Source: Microgenomates group bacterium | GTDB taxonomy: Bacteria; Patescibacteriota; Microgenomatia; UBA1406; GWC2-37-13 | Reading direction: 5' to 3' | NCBI GenBank assembly: GCA_049304055.1 | Contig: JBAQNT010000007.1 | Location: 55,370-119,369, forward strand | Length of the DNA: 64,000 nucleotides | In this document: piece after piece, positions 35,099-44,653 of the stretch | Layout of the letters: every line of letters starts with the position of its first letter | How positions within the stretch are numbered: position 1 is the first letter of the stretch | Notes under the pieces: generated by a model | What the model was told of the DNA's origin: nothing | Seen by the model: only the letters and a program-made list of their open reading frames with translations | Database searches by the model: none | Program-made: the position numbers and the translations under genes

Positions 35099-35135
35099 TC
35101 AAATTGCAGGAGTTATCACCATTTACTGAATTCAC

Positions 35136-35960
35136 ATGCATCGCGGATCCATTCTATCGAAGTTCTCCATAATCTTTGCCCTCGTCTCTCTGTCTGTTTA
35201 TGCAGCTGCACTCGTTTCACCTGTTTTTGCCATCAACATGAATTCGGATGAGTATCGCATCCAGTTTGGCACGGTAAACAGTGGAGGAAAGAAGATGACC
35301 GATTCAAGCTATAAATTAAGCACGTCCGTAGGTCAAGCCGCAGCAAAAGAGTTCCAATCAAACGGATATATCGTCAAGGCGGGGTTTCAATATATCTATT
35401 CCCGAATTCCTTTTACCTTTTCCCTTTCGACTGTCCGGGTCGATTTAGGGACCCTTATCCCGAATACCCCTTCAACTGGTACTGTGGGATTGGAAGTCTC
35501 TTTTGGTGGAGCCGGTCAATATTTGGTAACCGCACGAGCTGATAGTCCCTTATCGACAAACGCGTACACCAGCACCATCCCGTTTACCAGTTGTGATGGA
35601 GGCATTAATACCTGTACCATAACCGTAGCGAAGCCGTGGACAAGCACTTCACTCTACGGGTTTGGATACAATATGACAGGTGAGGATATTCCGACTGATT
35701 TTATTGACGGTACCTATTATCGTCCATTTTCCAATTTAGTGACTCCGGAGACTCCTGCCGTAGTCATGCAGAGCACCAATGTCACAGCAGATATCTCACC
35801 GACTCCCAATCCAGCCTTTACCCCTGCTCCCGTCCTTACCGGAGTCCCACGGGATACTGTCCATCAATCAACAATGACGATGAAGGTCAATATTTCCAGT
35901 ATCCAGCCCGCCGGTACCTATGCAACGATTGTGCGTTTTCTAGCAACACCATCGTTTTAA
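35136..35960 (+). CDS. Secreted beta-rich surface subunit (274 aa), paralogous in its C-terminal domain to the 517-aa protein at 40263
   Basis: Signal peptide ending SPVFA. N-terminal SxxYxL triplet pattern (SDEYRIQFG..SSYKLSTSVGQ..SNGYIVKAGFQYIY). The C-terminus is ISSIQPAGTYATIVRFLATPSF. Confidence 0.7.
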   Translation: MHRGSILSKFSIIFALVSLSVYAAALVSPVFAINMNSDEYRIQFGTVNSGGKKMTDSSYKLSTSVGQAAAKEFQSNGYIVKAGFQYIYSRIPFTFSLSTVRVDLGTLIPNTPSTGTVGLEVSFGGAGQYLVTARADSPLSTNAYTSTIPFTSCDGGINTCTITVAKPWTSTSLYGFGYNMTGEDIPTDFIDGTYYRPFSNLVTPETPAVVMQSTNVTADISPTPNPAFTPAPVLTGVPRDTVHQSTMTMKVNISSIQPAGTYATIVRFLATPSF

Positions 35961-35976
35961 ATAAAAATGTCAAATT

Positions 35977-37002
35977 ATGTTTAATAATCAAATCAAGATG
36001 AATTGTGCATTCAAGATTCCAAATTTGAGACATGTCATTGTATTGGTCTATTTGTTTATTGGTCTATTTGTTTATTCTGGCAGTGTGTTTGCCCAGCAGG
36101 TCACCCTTTCAATTGACCCCCCCATCGTCCAAGCAAAGATAAAACCTGGAAAATCAATATTGGTTGCCTATACCGTTGAAAATAAAGGCGACCCAACCAA
36201 TCTGCAGTTTCTTATTCGCCCCTTTATACCGGTAGGACAAAATGGGTCTCTCACTCTTGTCCCTCAGTTGGAAGGCCCCGTTCAATTCAATTTGGAAAAT
36301 GCCGACGTTATCCTTGAAAAGCCTTTTTTCTTTGCATCAAAAGAAAAAAGACAAGCAGTCGTGCGGATACACATCCCCAAAGGAATCCCTGATGGGGACT
36401 ACTACTACATGATAATCGCCGAAACAGTCCCTGCTTTTTCGCTTGCAGGCCAGTCAACAGGCGTTGCATCTGCATCGTTGGGTGCACCACTTCTCATCTC
36501 CGTGACTGAGTCCGGAATAACAGACATCCAAGCACAAATCGCTGAATTTTCATTCAAACCTAACACCATCGTCTCTCTTGGTAAACGGACGTTTCATATC
36601 GTAGACAGTGCTGACACTGTTACTGTTACTGGATCGGCGCGTAATATGGGTAAACACATGGTCCAACCAAATGGGATTATCACCCATCGATATGGAAGTA
36701 CAAAAAAGAACTATTCGATTGTTCCACAGAATATACTCAGCAATTCTCAACGTCTGCTCAAAGTAGATGGAGAGATCCAGGGGGACAGTACCACTACCGT
36801 ATCACTCCCCCATCTGACAATCGGTAAACATATTGTCACAGCGGCTATTTCATTTAATGACGATTCCTCCGTCCACTACAAAACCATTGAATTTATTGTT
36901 TTACCTATTCGGTTGTTGAAAATAGTGATGGTTTCATTTGGCTTGGTTGCTCTCTATTTTCTCTTGCGTCGTAAGAATAACCGAAATTCCCAAAAAAAAT
37001 AA
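35977..37002 (+). CDS. Secreted Ig-like protein with a C-terminal TM anchor and basic tail (341 aa)
   Basis: Signal peptide ending VFAQQ, then LSIDPPIVQAKIKPGKSILVAYTVENKGD. C-terminal VMVSFGLVALYFLLRRKNNRNSQKK. Confidence 0.7.
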   Translation: MFNNQIKMNCAFKIPNLRHVIVLVYLFIGLFVYSGSVFAQQVTLSIDPPIVQAKIKPGKSILVAYTVENKGDPTNLQFLIRPFIPVGQNGSLTLVPQLEGPVQFNLENADVILEKPFFFASKEKRQAVVRIHIPKGIPDGDYYYMIIAETVPAFSLAGQSTGVASASLGAPLLISVTESGITDIQAQIAEFSFKPNTIVSLGKRTFHIVDSADTVTVTGSARNMGKHMVQPNGIITHRYGSTKKNYSIVPQNILSNSQRLLKVDGEIQGDSTTTVSLPHLTIGKHIVTAAISFNDDSSVHYKTIEFIVLPIRLLKIVMVSFGLVALYFLLRRKNNRNSQKK

Positions 37003-37108
37003 AGAGCGCTAATGACACTATTTAGCCCTTCTGATTGATATATATCACCTCACTTGTTGCTTATAGTCCCTTGTGTCCCCTCTACTCCTTTGATATCTCT
37101 TTATAGAT

Positions 37109-37750
37109 ATGAACGGATTTATTGAATCCTGCAAACCCATCATAAAAAAATATCTATTTGAATGCACACTCCTTCTGGTTGCCTTCTGTATAGGATCCGT
37201 TTCTTTGTTATTGTTTATAAATGATTCGGACGTTGAAGTTTCAACTAAAACCCAAGTGGAAAGTGTGAAACCTGAGCAAAAGAGGGAAATCGTTGTTGAT
37301 GTTTCTGGTGCAGTCCACAAGCCATTCGTTTATACATTCACTCCATCAGCCCGTTTTATCGATGCGATTCAAAAAGCAGGAGGATTGACCGATGAGGCAG
37401 ATAAGGCATTTGTCTCAAGAAATATTAATTATGCACGTATCCTTTCGGACCAGGAAAAAATATATATCCCCACCCTCAGCGATACGACAAACGGGGTGAT
37501 TGGCGAAAATAAACGCATAATCGAATATATCCTACCCAACGCCTTTTCAAGTGTGACAAACGACACAAAGAAGACGAATATCAACACAGCTTCAGCTCTC
37601 CAATTGGATCAACTCCCTGGAGTCGGAAAAGTACAGGCAGAATCTATTATCCAGGGTAAACCTTATTATTCTTTGGAAGATCTGATTGACAAAGAAGTTG
37701 TCTCAAAGTCTACGTATGAAAAAATTAAGGACCTGATTAGTGTGTATTAA
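37109..37750 (+). CDS. comEA: Competence protein ComEA (DNA receptor)
   Basis: N-terminal TM, an SLBB-like region VDVSGAVHKPFVY, and the helix-hairpin-helix NINTASALQLDQLPGVGKVQAESII. Confidence 0.8.
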   Translation: MNGFIESCKPIIKKYLFECTLLLVAFCIGSVSLLLFINDSDVEVSTKTQVESVKPEQKREIVVDVSGAVHKPFVYTFTPSARFIDAIQKAGGLTDEADKAFVSRNINYARILSDQEKIYIPTLSDTTNGVIGENKRIIEYILPNAFSSVTNDTKKTNINTASALQLDQLPGVGKVQAESIIQGKPYYSLEDLIDKEVVSKSTYEKIKDLISVY

Positions 37751-37756
37751 AACAAC

Positions 37757-38554
37757 ATGAATCACCTCCTTGTAAATGCACTGATCGGAATCGATAACAC
37801 GCTCCATGAACCATATGCCTCTCTTTTAAAAGGGCTTGTATATGGCATTCCGATTCAAATAGATCCCCATTTAAAGTCGGCAATCGTTCAAAGCGGGCTT
37901 GCCCATCTGGTCGTTCTCTCGGGTACTAATATAACTCTCCTTGCATCGCTCACTGAGAGGATATTTTTCTTTTTGGGAAGAAAGATGGGAACTATGTTAC
38001 AGTTAGTATTTTTGGGCATGTTTACCGGTATGGTAGGGGCGCAACCACCTTTGATGCGGGCTATATTTATGTTTTTATGCACGACCGTTTGTTATATGAC
38101 TGGACGCCCCTCTTATGCACTCTGGAATTTATTTCTTTCGCTTCTCTGTATAGCTTTCATTTGGCCGCAGTGGCTGGAAACCGTTTCCCTCCATCTTTCC
38201 GTTGCGGCAACTATCGGCATCATCATATCTACACGATTGAAAAATCTCCTACCGATGAAGACACCTATATGGATTGATGTCCTTTTTGAGTCATGGATAG
38301 TATTTATTATTACCACCCCTCTTACTTTCTTTCATTTCAGGACCATCTCTTTGATAAGTCCAGTGAGTACAGCGCTTGCTTCGTGGATCATTGTCCCATT
38401 GATGATTGGAGGATTGTTTATATCTCTTGCATACCGACTTTTGCCCGTTGTCACCATCCCCATTTCAAGCGGTGTGTTCGCTGGATTAAGATATCTTCTC
38501 TGGGTCATAGAGATAACAAGTAGCATCCCTTTTGGGTACTTACAATTCAAATGA
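37757..38554 (+). CDS. comEC: ComEC/Rec2 membrane (competence channel) domain protein
   Basis: LLKGLVYGIPIQIDPHLKSAIVQSGLAHLVVLSGTNITLLA is the signature start of the Competence domain. Several TM segments follow. Confidence 0.75.
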   Translation: MNHLLVNALIGIDNTLHEPYASLLKGLVYGIPIQIDPHLKSAIVQSGLAHLVVLSGTNITLLASLTERIFFFLGRKMGTMLQLVFLGMFTGMVGAQPPLMRAIFMFLCTTVCYMTGRPSYALWNLFLSLLCIAFIWPQWLETVSLHLSVAATIGIIISTRLKNLLPMKTPIWIDVLFESWIVFIITTPLTFFHFRTISLISPVSTALASWIIVPLMIGGLFISLAYRLLPVVTIPISSGVFAGLRYLLWVIEITSSIPFGYLQFK

Positions 38555-38561
38555 AATACAT

Positions 38562-39302
38562 ATGCTCAGGATAGGAACCAGCATACTTTCTATTATCGTT
38601 TTATTATATTTTCAATCTGCGGTAACTCGTACCTCGCATATCATCTTTTGCGACATCGGACAAGGTTCAGCTACTTTTGTCACAGTCGGAAGCGTACAGA
38701 TACTTATAGATACCGGCCCCAATATGAGGACGCTCGCTTGTATTGGGAAACATATGCCATTCTTCGATCATACTATTGAATTTGTCATCATCTCTCATGA
38801 TCAAAAGGATCATGCGGGAGCACTTCCTGCTCTCCTTAAAAAATATAAGATTGGTCATATCATTGGTCCTCCTGAAATAGCCAAAAGAAACGGAAACATA
38901 CCCTTCACCACAGTGACGAACACCGTCAGATTCACGATTAATTCTCTTCAATTAATCATAATCAGGGCTTCTCAAAGCTCTACTGATTTGAACGAAGCAG
39001 CGAATGTTGTCACCATACGGTCCCCACTCCACGTCATATTCCTCACATCGGACATCAATGGATTTGAATTACAAAGGTTGATACCCACAGATACCACTAT
39101 CCTATCGATTCCCCATCATGGCTCCAAATATGGTCTCTATCCAGATTCACTTGGATTAGCACGTCCCACCCATGCAGTGATAAGTGTCGGAAAAAAGAAC
39201 ACATATGGCCATCCTTCGAAAGAGGTGTTGGATATATTGAAAGCCAAGAAGATACATCTATGGAGAACGGATGTGCAGGGAGAACTGGTGATTGACTTGT
39301 GA
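38562..39302 (+). CDS. ComEC-type metallo-beta-lactamase domain protein (separate ORF)
   Basis: One TM, then IIFCDIGQGSATFV, VIISHDQKDHAGAL and SIPHHGSKYG as found in ComEC C-terminal MBL domains. The track start at 38532 is a TTG that overlaps the previous ORF. Confidence 0.7.
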   Translation: MLRIGTSILSIIVLLYFQSAVTRTSHIIFCDIGQGSATFVTVGSVQILIDTGPNMRTLACIGKHMPFFDHTIEFVIISHDQKDHAGALPALLKKYKIGHIIGPPEIAKRNGNIPFTTVTNTVRFTINSLQLIIIRASQSSTDLNEAANVVTIRSPLHVIFLTSDINGFELQRLIPTDTTILSIPHHGSKYGLYPDSLGLARPTHAVISVGKKNTYGHPSKEVLDILKAKKIHLWRTDVQGELVIDL

Positions 39303-40049
39303 TTATGAAAGCAAGATCCCCTGGATTTCCTTGAATATATTCATTGCCTCAAAACCAATCCAGCTTTCGCCGATAAGTTCCTTGGGAAGTCCTGGGTCTT
39401 CTCTGAGGATTGATACATACTCTTTGAGAACGTTGGTGAATTTCTCCACCTTCTCTCCATCCCCCGATAATATGCTGTGCCATTTTTTGAACAGTTCCCG
39501 ATATTTCTTATCAAGAGAGGACTTGCCCCAAACCTTTTCGATGAGGGTAGCCTTGTCACCAAAAACATGATCTGCTTCAAATGACTGCATATACTGCTCT
39601 TCTTGTTTTCCTGATACGAGTTCACGAAGCGGCTCGATGATTGGGTGTGGAGTTAACCAAAAAGACCTATGCCAAGGCCCTAAACCCCATCCTTGCATCT
39701 CGCGTCTTAATCTGTCTCGCAACTCCCGTTTTGATTCCGGGATTTCATAGGAAATGATTCGAAGTTTTCCGTCCCATTGTTCTTTGAGGAATCGAAATGA
39801 TGGAAATTCGAGACTGAGTGCTCTAAATCCTTTCAGGGTCAATTTATAGGCAGGGACTTCATCCCGACTTGTACCCTTTTCTATCTCACCAACTTTGATG
39901 AGTGAAGAAAGGGTCGATTGTGTTTTTTGATTAAGTGTGAAGTCGAAGAGTTGTTGTGTTTTTTCATCCAACAAGACTTCGCTAAAGTCAACGTTTGATA
40001 AAAGAAAAAGAGCGAGTAATATTTTCGTCCGACGTTCTTTTATTCCCAT
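39303..40049 (-). CDS. PaaX-like transcriptional regulator family protein
   Basis: QWDGKLRIISYEIPESKRELRDRLRREMQGWGLGPWHRSFWLTPHP matches the PaaX C-terminal pattern. The ATG at 40049 was chosen because a near-consensus promoter ends 10 nt upstream of it. Confidence 0.6.
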   Translation of the reverse strand: MGIKERRTKILLALFLLSNVDFSEVLLDEKTQQLFDFTLNQKTQSTLSSLIKVGEIEKGTSRDEVPAYKLTLKGFRALSLEFPSFRFLKEQWDGKLRIISYEIPESKRELRDRLRREMQGWGLGPWHRSFWLTPHPIIEPLRELVSGKQEEQYMQSFEADHVFGDKATLIEKVWGKSSLDKKYRELFKKWHSILSGDGEKVEKFTNVLKEYVSILREDPGLPKELIGESWIGFEAMNIFKEIQGILLS

Positions 40050-40059
40050 ATATGCCACC

Positions 40060-40088
40060 ACTATAACAGACGGAAAAATACATGTCAA
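40060..40088 (-). promoter_or_regulatory. Sigma70-type promoter TTGACA-17-TATAGT, 10 nt before the ATG at 40049
   Basis: The reverse complement of 40083-40088 is TTGACA and of 40060-40065 is TATAGT. Confidence 0.6.
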
Positions 40089-40207
40089 TATGTAAATTGA
40101 AAATAATTGCGTCAATTTTTTAAAACAAAATAAGATGCAGATATGCTGCGGTAGAAGTTGGTGAGGTGACGTAAGCAAAAACAAACTAGAAACACATTAA
40201 AATACAT

Positions 40208-40236
40208 TTGACATTAGATGTGAAATCATCTTTAAT
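40208..40236 (+). promoter_or_regulatory. Sigma70-type promoter TTGACA-17-TTTAAT for the second surface cassette
   Basis: TTGACA at 40208-40213 and TTTAAT at 40231-40236, 26 nt upstream of the ATG at 40263. Confidence 0.5.
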
Positions 40237-40262
40237 GAAACTAATACCTTTAAGTTACTTAT

Positions 40263-41816
40263 ATGAAACTCATACCAAATATGAACAGAAATACGAAGCG
40301 ATGTTTTTCTTCCGTTGTATTGTTTTTCTTCTTGATTATGCAGGCACTTCCCTTCCTCCCTGCGTCTGTACTAGATATACCATTAATAAAAAAACTAAAT
40401 CAAAACAACCTGTCGTTTTTCCGTCCACATATGCTTGATGCAGCAGGACTTTCCTCAGCATCAGCAACGTTATCCAATCCACGTCTGTCATATCAAGCAG
40501 GTATCAGTACCACGATTGCAGCAGGAAACACAGTCATGACGATTACGGGATCCGGTAATGCAGACAATGATACAAATCACTTGTTCCCAAACGATCCTAT
40601 CGCTGTTGGGACGAATATGGGCATCAAGGTAACTTCGATAGTGGATGCGACGACTTTTACGATTGATACAGGACTTGCCACGGGCGTAACAAACACAAGC
40701 AAGGTCTATGCAACACAGTCAGGAACACTTACTACATCCTTTTATACTGCAAGCGCTATCCCAGTTGGAGGAAGTATCCGCATCGCAGTCCCTGCATCTG
40801 CGGGAAGTGTTTCCGGTAGTCCAAATGATGGTGCTCCAGATACTGCAACCTTAGCAAATAACGGATTTGATTTGAACTTTATCACAGCGAGTGATGTCAC
40901 CTGTCCTGGTGGATTTGCCGCAGGAACTCTTACGGCTGGTACTGGAGGACCTTCAAATCCACATATAATCACCTGTAATTGGTCAAACGGTACATCAGCT
41001 CTTCCTGCTGGAGCGAATCTCTCGGTGACAATCGGAACAGCTTCAAAAGGACTTGTTAACCCAGCACCTGCTGCAAGCCATGTCCAAGGACAAGCGGATT
41101 CCTATACTATTGACATCTCCACGAAAAGCACCGCAAACGGTGGTGGATCAACAATCGAAGATATTGGTACGAAAGTAGCTCCAGTTGAAGGAGTGTTGGT
41201 GTCTGCAACTATTGATGAAACGCTTAATTTTACCGTTGCAGCCGTAACTTCAGCGAACTTACCTACCACATGTGGCTTCACGCCAGCTGGTAACTTGATT
41301 ACCTCAACGGCCACGACAGTGCCTTTTGGAAACAGCATCACGGCAAATACGTTTTATAATGCCGCACAGCAATTGACGGTTTCAACGAATGCTCCTGGAG
41401 GATACAGTGTGAAAGTTGAGGAAAACGATCAAATGGGAAAAGAAGGTAAAGTTTGTACCGGAGCTGCGGCAGGAGAGTCAACAAACTGTATCAAGGATAC
41501 GACATGTGATGGCTCATCGTGTACGGAATCGACATCTGGCGATTGGGCAACAGGTACCAATAACGGTCTTGGTTATTCACTTGCTAATGTTTCAGGAACA
41601 AATGCGAGCTTTCTTTATAATGAATCTGCAAGAACATTCTCTGCAAAGCAATTCTCAGACCAGGAAGTTCCAGAGACAAAGCAGAATATCATGGCCTCGT
41701 CCGGCGTTGTAAGTGGTGATTCTGCCTGCATCATATACAGACTCTCTGTATCGGGTACACAGCCTGCAGGATACTACTACAACAAGGTTAAGTATACAGC
41801 CAGTGCAACATTTTAA
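40263..41816 (+). CDS. Secreted beta-rich surface subunit (517 aa)
   Basis: Signal-like N-terminus and a Thr/Gly/Ala-rich beta composition. The C-terminal domain ...TVSTNAPGGYSVKV...NNGLGYSL...SVSGTQPAGYYYNKVKYTASATF parallels the 274-aa protein. Confidence 0.75.
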   Translation: MKLIPNMNRNTKRCFSSVVLFFFLIMQALPFLPASVLDIPLIKKLNQNNLSFFRPHMLDAAGLSSASATLSNPRLSYQAGISTTIAAGNTVMTITGSGNADNDTNHLFPNDPIAVGTNMGIKVTSIVDATTFTIDTGLATGVTNTSKVYATQSGTLTTSFYTASAIPVGGSIRIAVPASAGSVSGSPNDGAPDTATLANNGFDLNFITASDVTCPGGFAAGTLTAGTGGPSNPHIITCNWSNGTSALPAGANLSVTIGTASKGLVNPAPAASHVQGQADSYTIDISTKSTANGGGSTIEDIGTKVAPVEGVLVSATIDETLNFTVAAVTSANLPTTCGFTPAGNLITSTATTVPFGNSITANTFYNAAQQLTVSTNAPGGYSVKVEENDQMGKEGKVCTGAAAGESTNCIKDTTCDGSSCTESTSGDWATGTNNGLGYSLANVSGTNASFLYNESARTFSAKQFSDQEVPETKQNIMASSGVVSGDSACIIYRLSVSGTQPAGYYYNKVKYTASATF

Positions 41817-41833
41817 TAATTACGCCCTATAAC

Positions 41834-42844
41834 ATGAAAAACACCATGCATACGATCAGAAGAACCTTTTTCGCTCTCTTAATAAGTGTCGTATGCTTTG
41901 CATCATATACCACCTACTCAATGGCTCAATCGGTGCTTCCTTTCACCATAAGTCCCGCACGACAACAGATCACCATCAATCCTGGAGAAGAAGCGCAGAT
42001 ATCAGTTAAATTTTATAATCAAAGCGATATTCCCGTAGCGGGAGTGGTAAAAGTAGCTGACTTTATCGTTGATGACGATAAGGGTACCCCACGTATCGTT
42101 GAAGATGTAACTCAAGCGTCCCCAAAATACTCCGCATCAGAATGGGTTACATTGCCATTTGATCGGATGGGTATCGCTGCAAACGATAAGACAGTCGTAC
42201 AAGCAACACTCAAAGTCCCCCAAGATGCACGACCGGGTGGAAGATATGCAGCTATTTATTTTGAACCCACCACAGCCGTTGCACAACCTGTTGGAGAAGC
42301 GGGCGCAAGTATCACCCCTCGTATAGCATCCCTCCTCTATATCCGTGTACAAGGACCTATGACTGAGTATGCTTTTATTTCAAATATGTTCGCACGTTCG
42401 TTTTATGAATATGGACCTATTGAAGTGACCGCACAAATCACCAATAAGGGAGATTATCATGTTCGCCCTCGTGGCACATTCACCCTGAGTAATACGTTTG
42501 GTGGAATGATAGAACAGACGAGCGTCAAGGAAGCAAATATCTTTCCAGATGCACTGCGCACATTTACGGCAACAGTGGGAACAAAATGGATGGCTGGCAG
42601 ATATAAGATAAGTCTTAATACATTGTATGGTGAACAGATGAAAGCAGCGGATAGATCCGTTTACGTCTGGGTATTTCCATGGAGAGCGGCAATAGTCGTA
42701 GCGCTCAGCCTGCTTATTCTTTGGATCATAGGGAGATCAATCTATAAGAATATCGTCATGAAGGAAGTAACACTCGAACAAGAGCTGTCCCATGACCGAG
42801 AAGAAATAGAAAAACTAAAGAAGCAACTGAACAAACGTGAATAA
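41834..42844 (+). CDS. Secreted Ig-like protein with a C-terminal TM anchor (336 aa), paralogue of 35977..37002
   Basis: Signal peptide, then FTISPARQQITINPGEEAQISVKFYNQSD. C-terminal TM AAIVVALSLLILWIIG plus a charged coiled tail. Confidence 0.75.
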   Translation: MKNTMHTIRRTFFALLISVVCFASYTTYSMAQSVLPFTISPARQQITINPGEEAQISVKFYNQSDIPVAGVVKVADFIVDDDKGTPRIVEDVTQASPKYSASEWVTLPFDRMGIAANDKTVVQATLKVPQDARPGGRYAAIYFEPTTAVAQPVGEAGASITPRIASLLYIRVQGPMTEYAFISNMFARSFYEYGPIEVTAQITNKGDYHVRPRGTFTLSNTFGGMIEQTSVKEANIFPDALRTFTATVGTKWMAGRYKISLNTLYGEQMKAADRSVYVWVFPWRAAIVVALSLLILWIIGRSIYKNIVMKEVTLEQELSHDREEIEKLKKQLNKRE

Positions 42845-42860
42845 CAGTCTGTCTAGTCAT

Positions 42861-43841
42861 ATGAGGACTATTCTATCCCTCACTATATTCTTCCTCATGT
42901 CGTCTATCCCAAGAGCTGTTTCTGCAGCTGTTATCAATCCAGTGGATAAGGAAGTAACCGTATCGGTGACCATCAGCAACAGTGTTGATGTGACCCCTAC
43001 CCCACCACCAAACGATAATCGTCGGTTTAGTATTTTTGGCAACACATCACCGAATGCAAAAGTGGTCATCCAGAATCCAGGGATACATAGTGAGACATAT
43101 GCCAATGCAGAAGGAGTTTTTAATTTTGAATATCTCTTCCTCGCACTCTTCCGTGAAGATATCTGTATCATTGCTCATGATACTGAGAACAGGAGCACCC
43201 CACCTCTGTGTATTCCACCCCCCCTCGATCAAGAAAACAAGAAAATTGGTCCTATACTATTACCTCCTTCAACCTCAATAAGCAGTGGAAACGCATATAT
43301 CGGAGATACTGTTACATTGACTGGTCAAACAATACCTAATGCAGACGTGAAGCTTTCAATGTTCACGGATGAATTGAAACAAAACAAAAAGCTGTCCCTT
43401 ATTCCATCTGCTTATGCTTATACCTTACCTCAGTTTGCCCTCAATTCAAACAAAAAAGGTGAATATTCCCTTACGCTGCCCACTGCTAGCTCGCAATTCT
43501 TAAGGATGTTCACACGGGCGATTTATGAAGGAAATTCAACACCTAAAGGTCTTACTCTCATCCTGGACATCTTCCCGCTCTGGATGATTCTTTTCAAATT
43601 TTTTTCGACCTATCTGACACTTCTTAAGAATCATCTTGTCGAGCTCATTATCCTTCTCCAGCTTTACTTCCTTCTCATGTACTTCCTCAAACATTATTTC
43701 CATCCACACACCATCAGTAATCATAGGAAAAACTGGCTTGCGCTGCGTCAGACGACACTCATGAGTATGCCACACGAGCTTGCGATGAAGGAACATCGCG
43801 AGTTGGTTATCCGCTCGGTCGCTCTCGCTCTGTCTTATTGA
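42861..43841 (+). CDS. Secreted protein with two Ig-like segments and a hydrophobic C-terminal region
   Basis: Signal peptide MRTILSLTIFFLMSSIPRAVSAA. FGNTSPNAKVVIQNPG.. and GDTVTLTGQTIPNADVKL are beta-sandwich-like. TM-like LILDIFPLWMILF... The track start at 42837 is a GTG. Confidence 0.6.
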   Translation: MRTILSLTIFFLMSSIPRAVSAAVINPVDKEVTVSVTISNSVDVTPTPPPNDNRRFSIFGNTSPNAKVVIQNPGIHSETYANAEGVFNFEYLFLALFREDICIIAHDTENRSTPPLCIPPPLDQENKKIGPILLPPSTSISSGNAYIGDTVTLTGQTIPNADVKLSMFTDELKQNKKLSLIPSAYAYTLPQFALNSNKKGEYSLTLPTASSQFLRMFTRAIYEGNSTPKGLTLILDIFPLWMILFKFFSTYLTLLKNHLVELIILLQLYFLLMYFLKHYFHPHTISNHRKNWLALRQTTLMSMPHELAMKEHRELVIRSVALALSY

Positions 43842-44251
43842 TAGAAAGATAATCTCGCCTTTTGAGGTAGTTTAAGTTCGTCTATGCTGATTTCTAGGTA
43901 ATATTCTCCAGGTGTGGTCGAAGAGAGATCGAACTGAGCCTTACCCGTAGCATCTGTTGCCTCTTGTACCGCAGTAAGCACCAATCGTGGATCCTGACTG
44001 AGTAGGACTTTCTTTCCGAAAACTCCAAGTCCCTGACTGTTCAACACGAAGACGGTAACTCGTATTTTTTCTTTTCCGTCAGATTGGGCCTTCAATGGAT
44101 TGGTGAACACATAGGAATTGTCAACGGAGATGTCCACCTTTACACTACTTGCCCTACTTCCAAAGAACTGTGTCTCATAAAAAAAGAAGAAGAGAGAGAA
44201 CGAAATAAGGACAAGGAAAAATAAAATGGCTGATAACAAGAACTTCTGCAT
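43835..44251 (-). CDS. Membrane-anchored Ig-like (Big-type) domain protein (138 aa)
   Basis: N-terminal TM LLSAILFFLVLISFSLFFFF, then KIRVTVFVLNSQGLGVFGKKVLL...TDATGKAQFDLSSTTPGEYYL. TGcTATACT extended -10 lies 6 nt before the ATG. Confidence 0.6.
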   Translation of the reverse strand: MQKFLLSAILFFLVLISFSLFFFFYETQFFGSRASSVKVDISVDNSYVFTNPLKAQSDGKEKIRVTVFVLNSQGLGVFGKKVLLSQDPRLVLTAVQEATDATGKAQFDLSSTTPGEYYLEISIDELKLPQKARLSFYQ

Positions 44252-44616
44252 ATGATGAGTATAGCAAATTTACCAATAGCAAGCCGTAACAACTTTTTTC
44301 CAAATACACAGAAAGCCGTTCGCATACGCCACTTCATTTACCTTTCTTATCATGAAGCCCTAATCTGAAAATTCAGGCATAGAATATTCATTGATTAAAT
44401 ATGCTTAAACTTAAGCAATGTATCAAAGTTCGGTTATTACTTCCAATTTTGATCACAGGCAATTACTATAGGAGATATGATATAGATTGATACTATAAGG
44501 TAGGTTAAATTTAAATGCGGTAATTAAATTAAATCAACTTAAATACTCTTAATTGAGGCTTCTCACACCTTTGGGGATCGATGAAAAACTATATCAAAAC
44601 ATACAACAACTACCTC

Positions 44617-44644
44617 TTGACACTATTATTATTATTGTTATATG
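44617..44644 (+). promoter_or_regulatory. Sigma70-type promoter TTGACA-16-TATATG (TG-extended), 9 nt before the ATG at 44654
   Basis: TTGACA at 44617-44622 and TGtTATATG at 44636-44644. The track start ATG at 44642 lies inside the -10 element. Confidence 0.5.
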
Positions 44645-44653
44645 CTGAGATAT

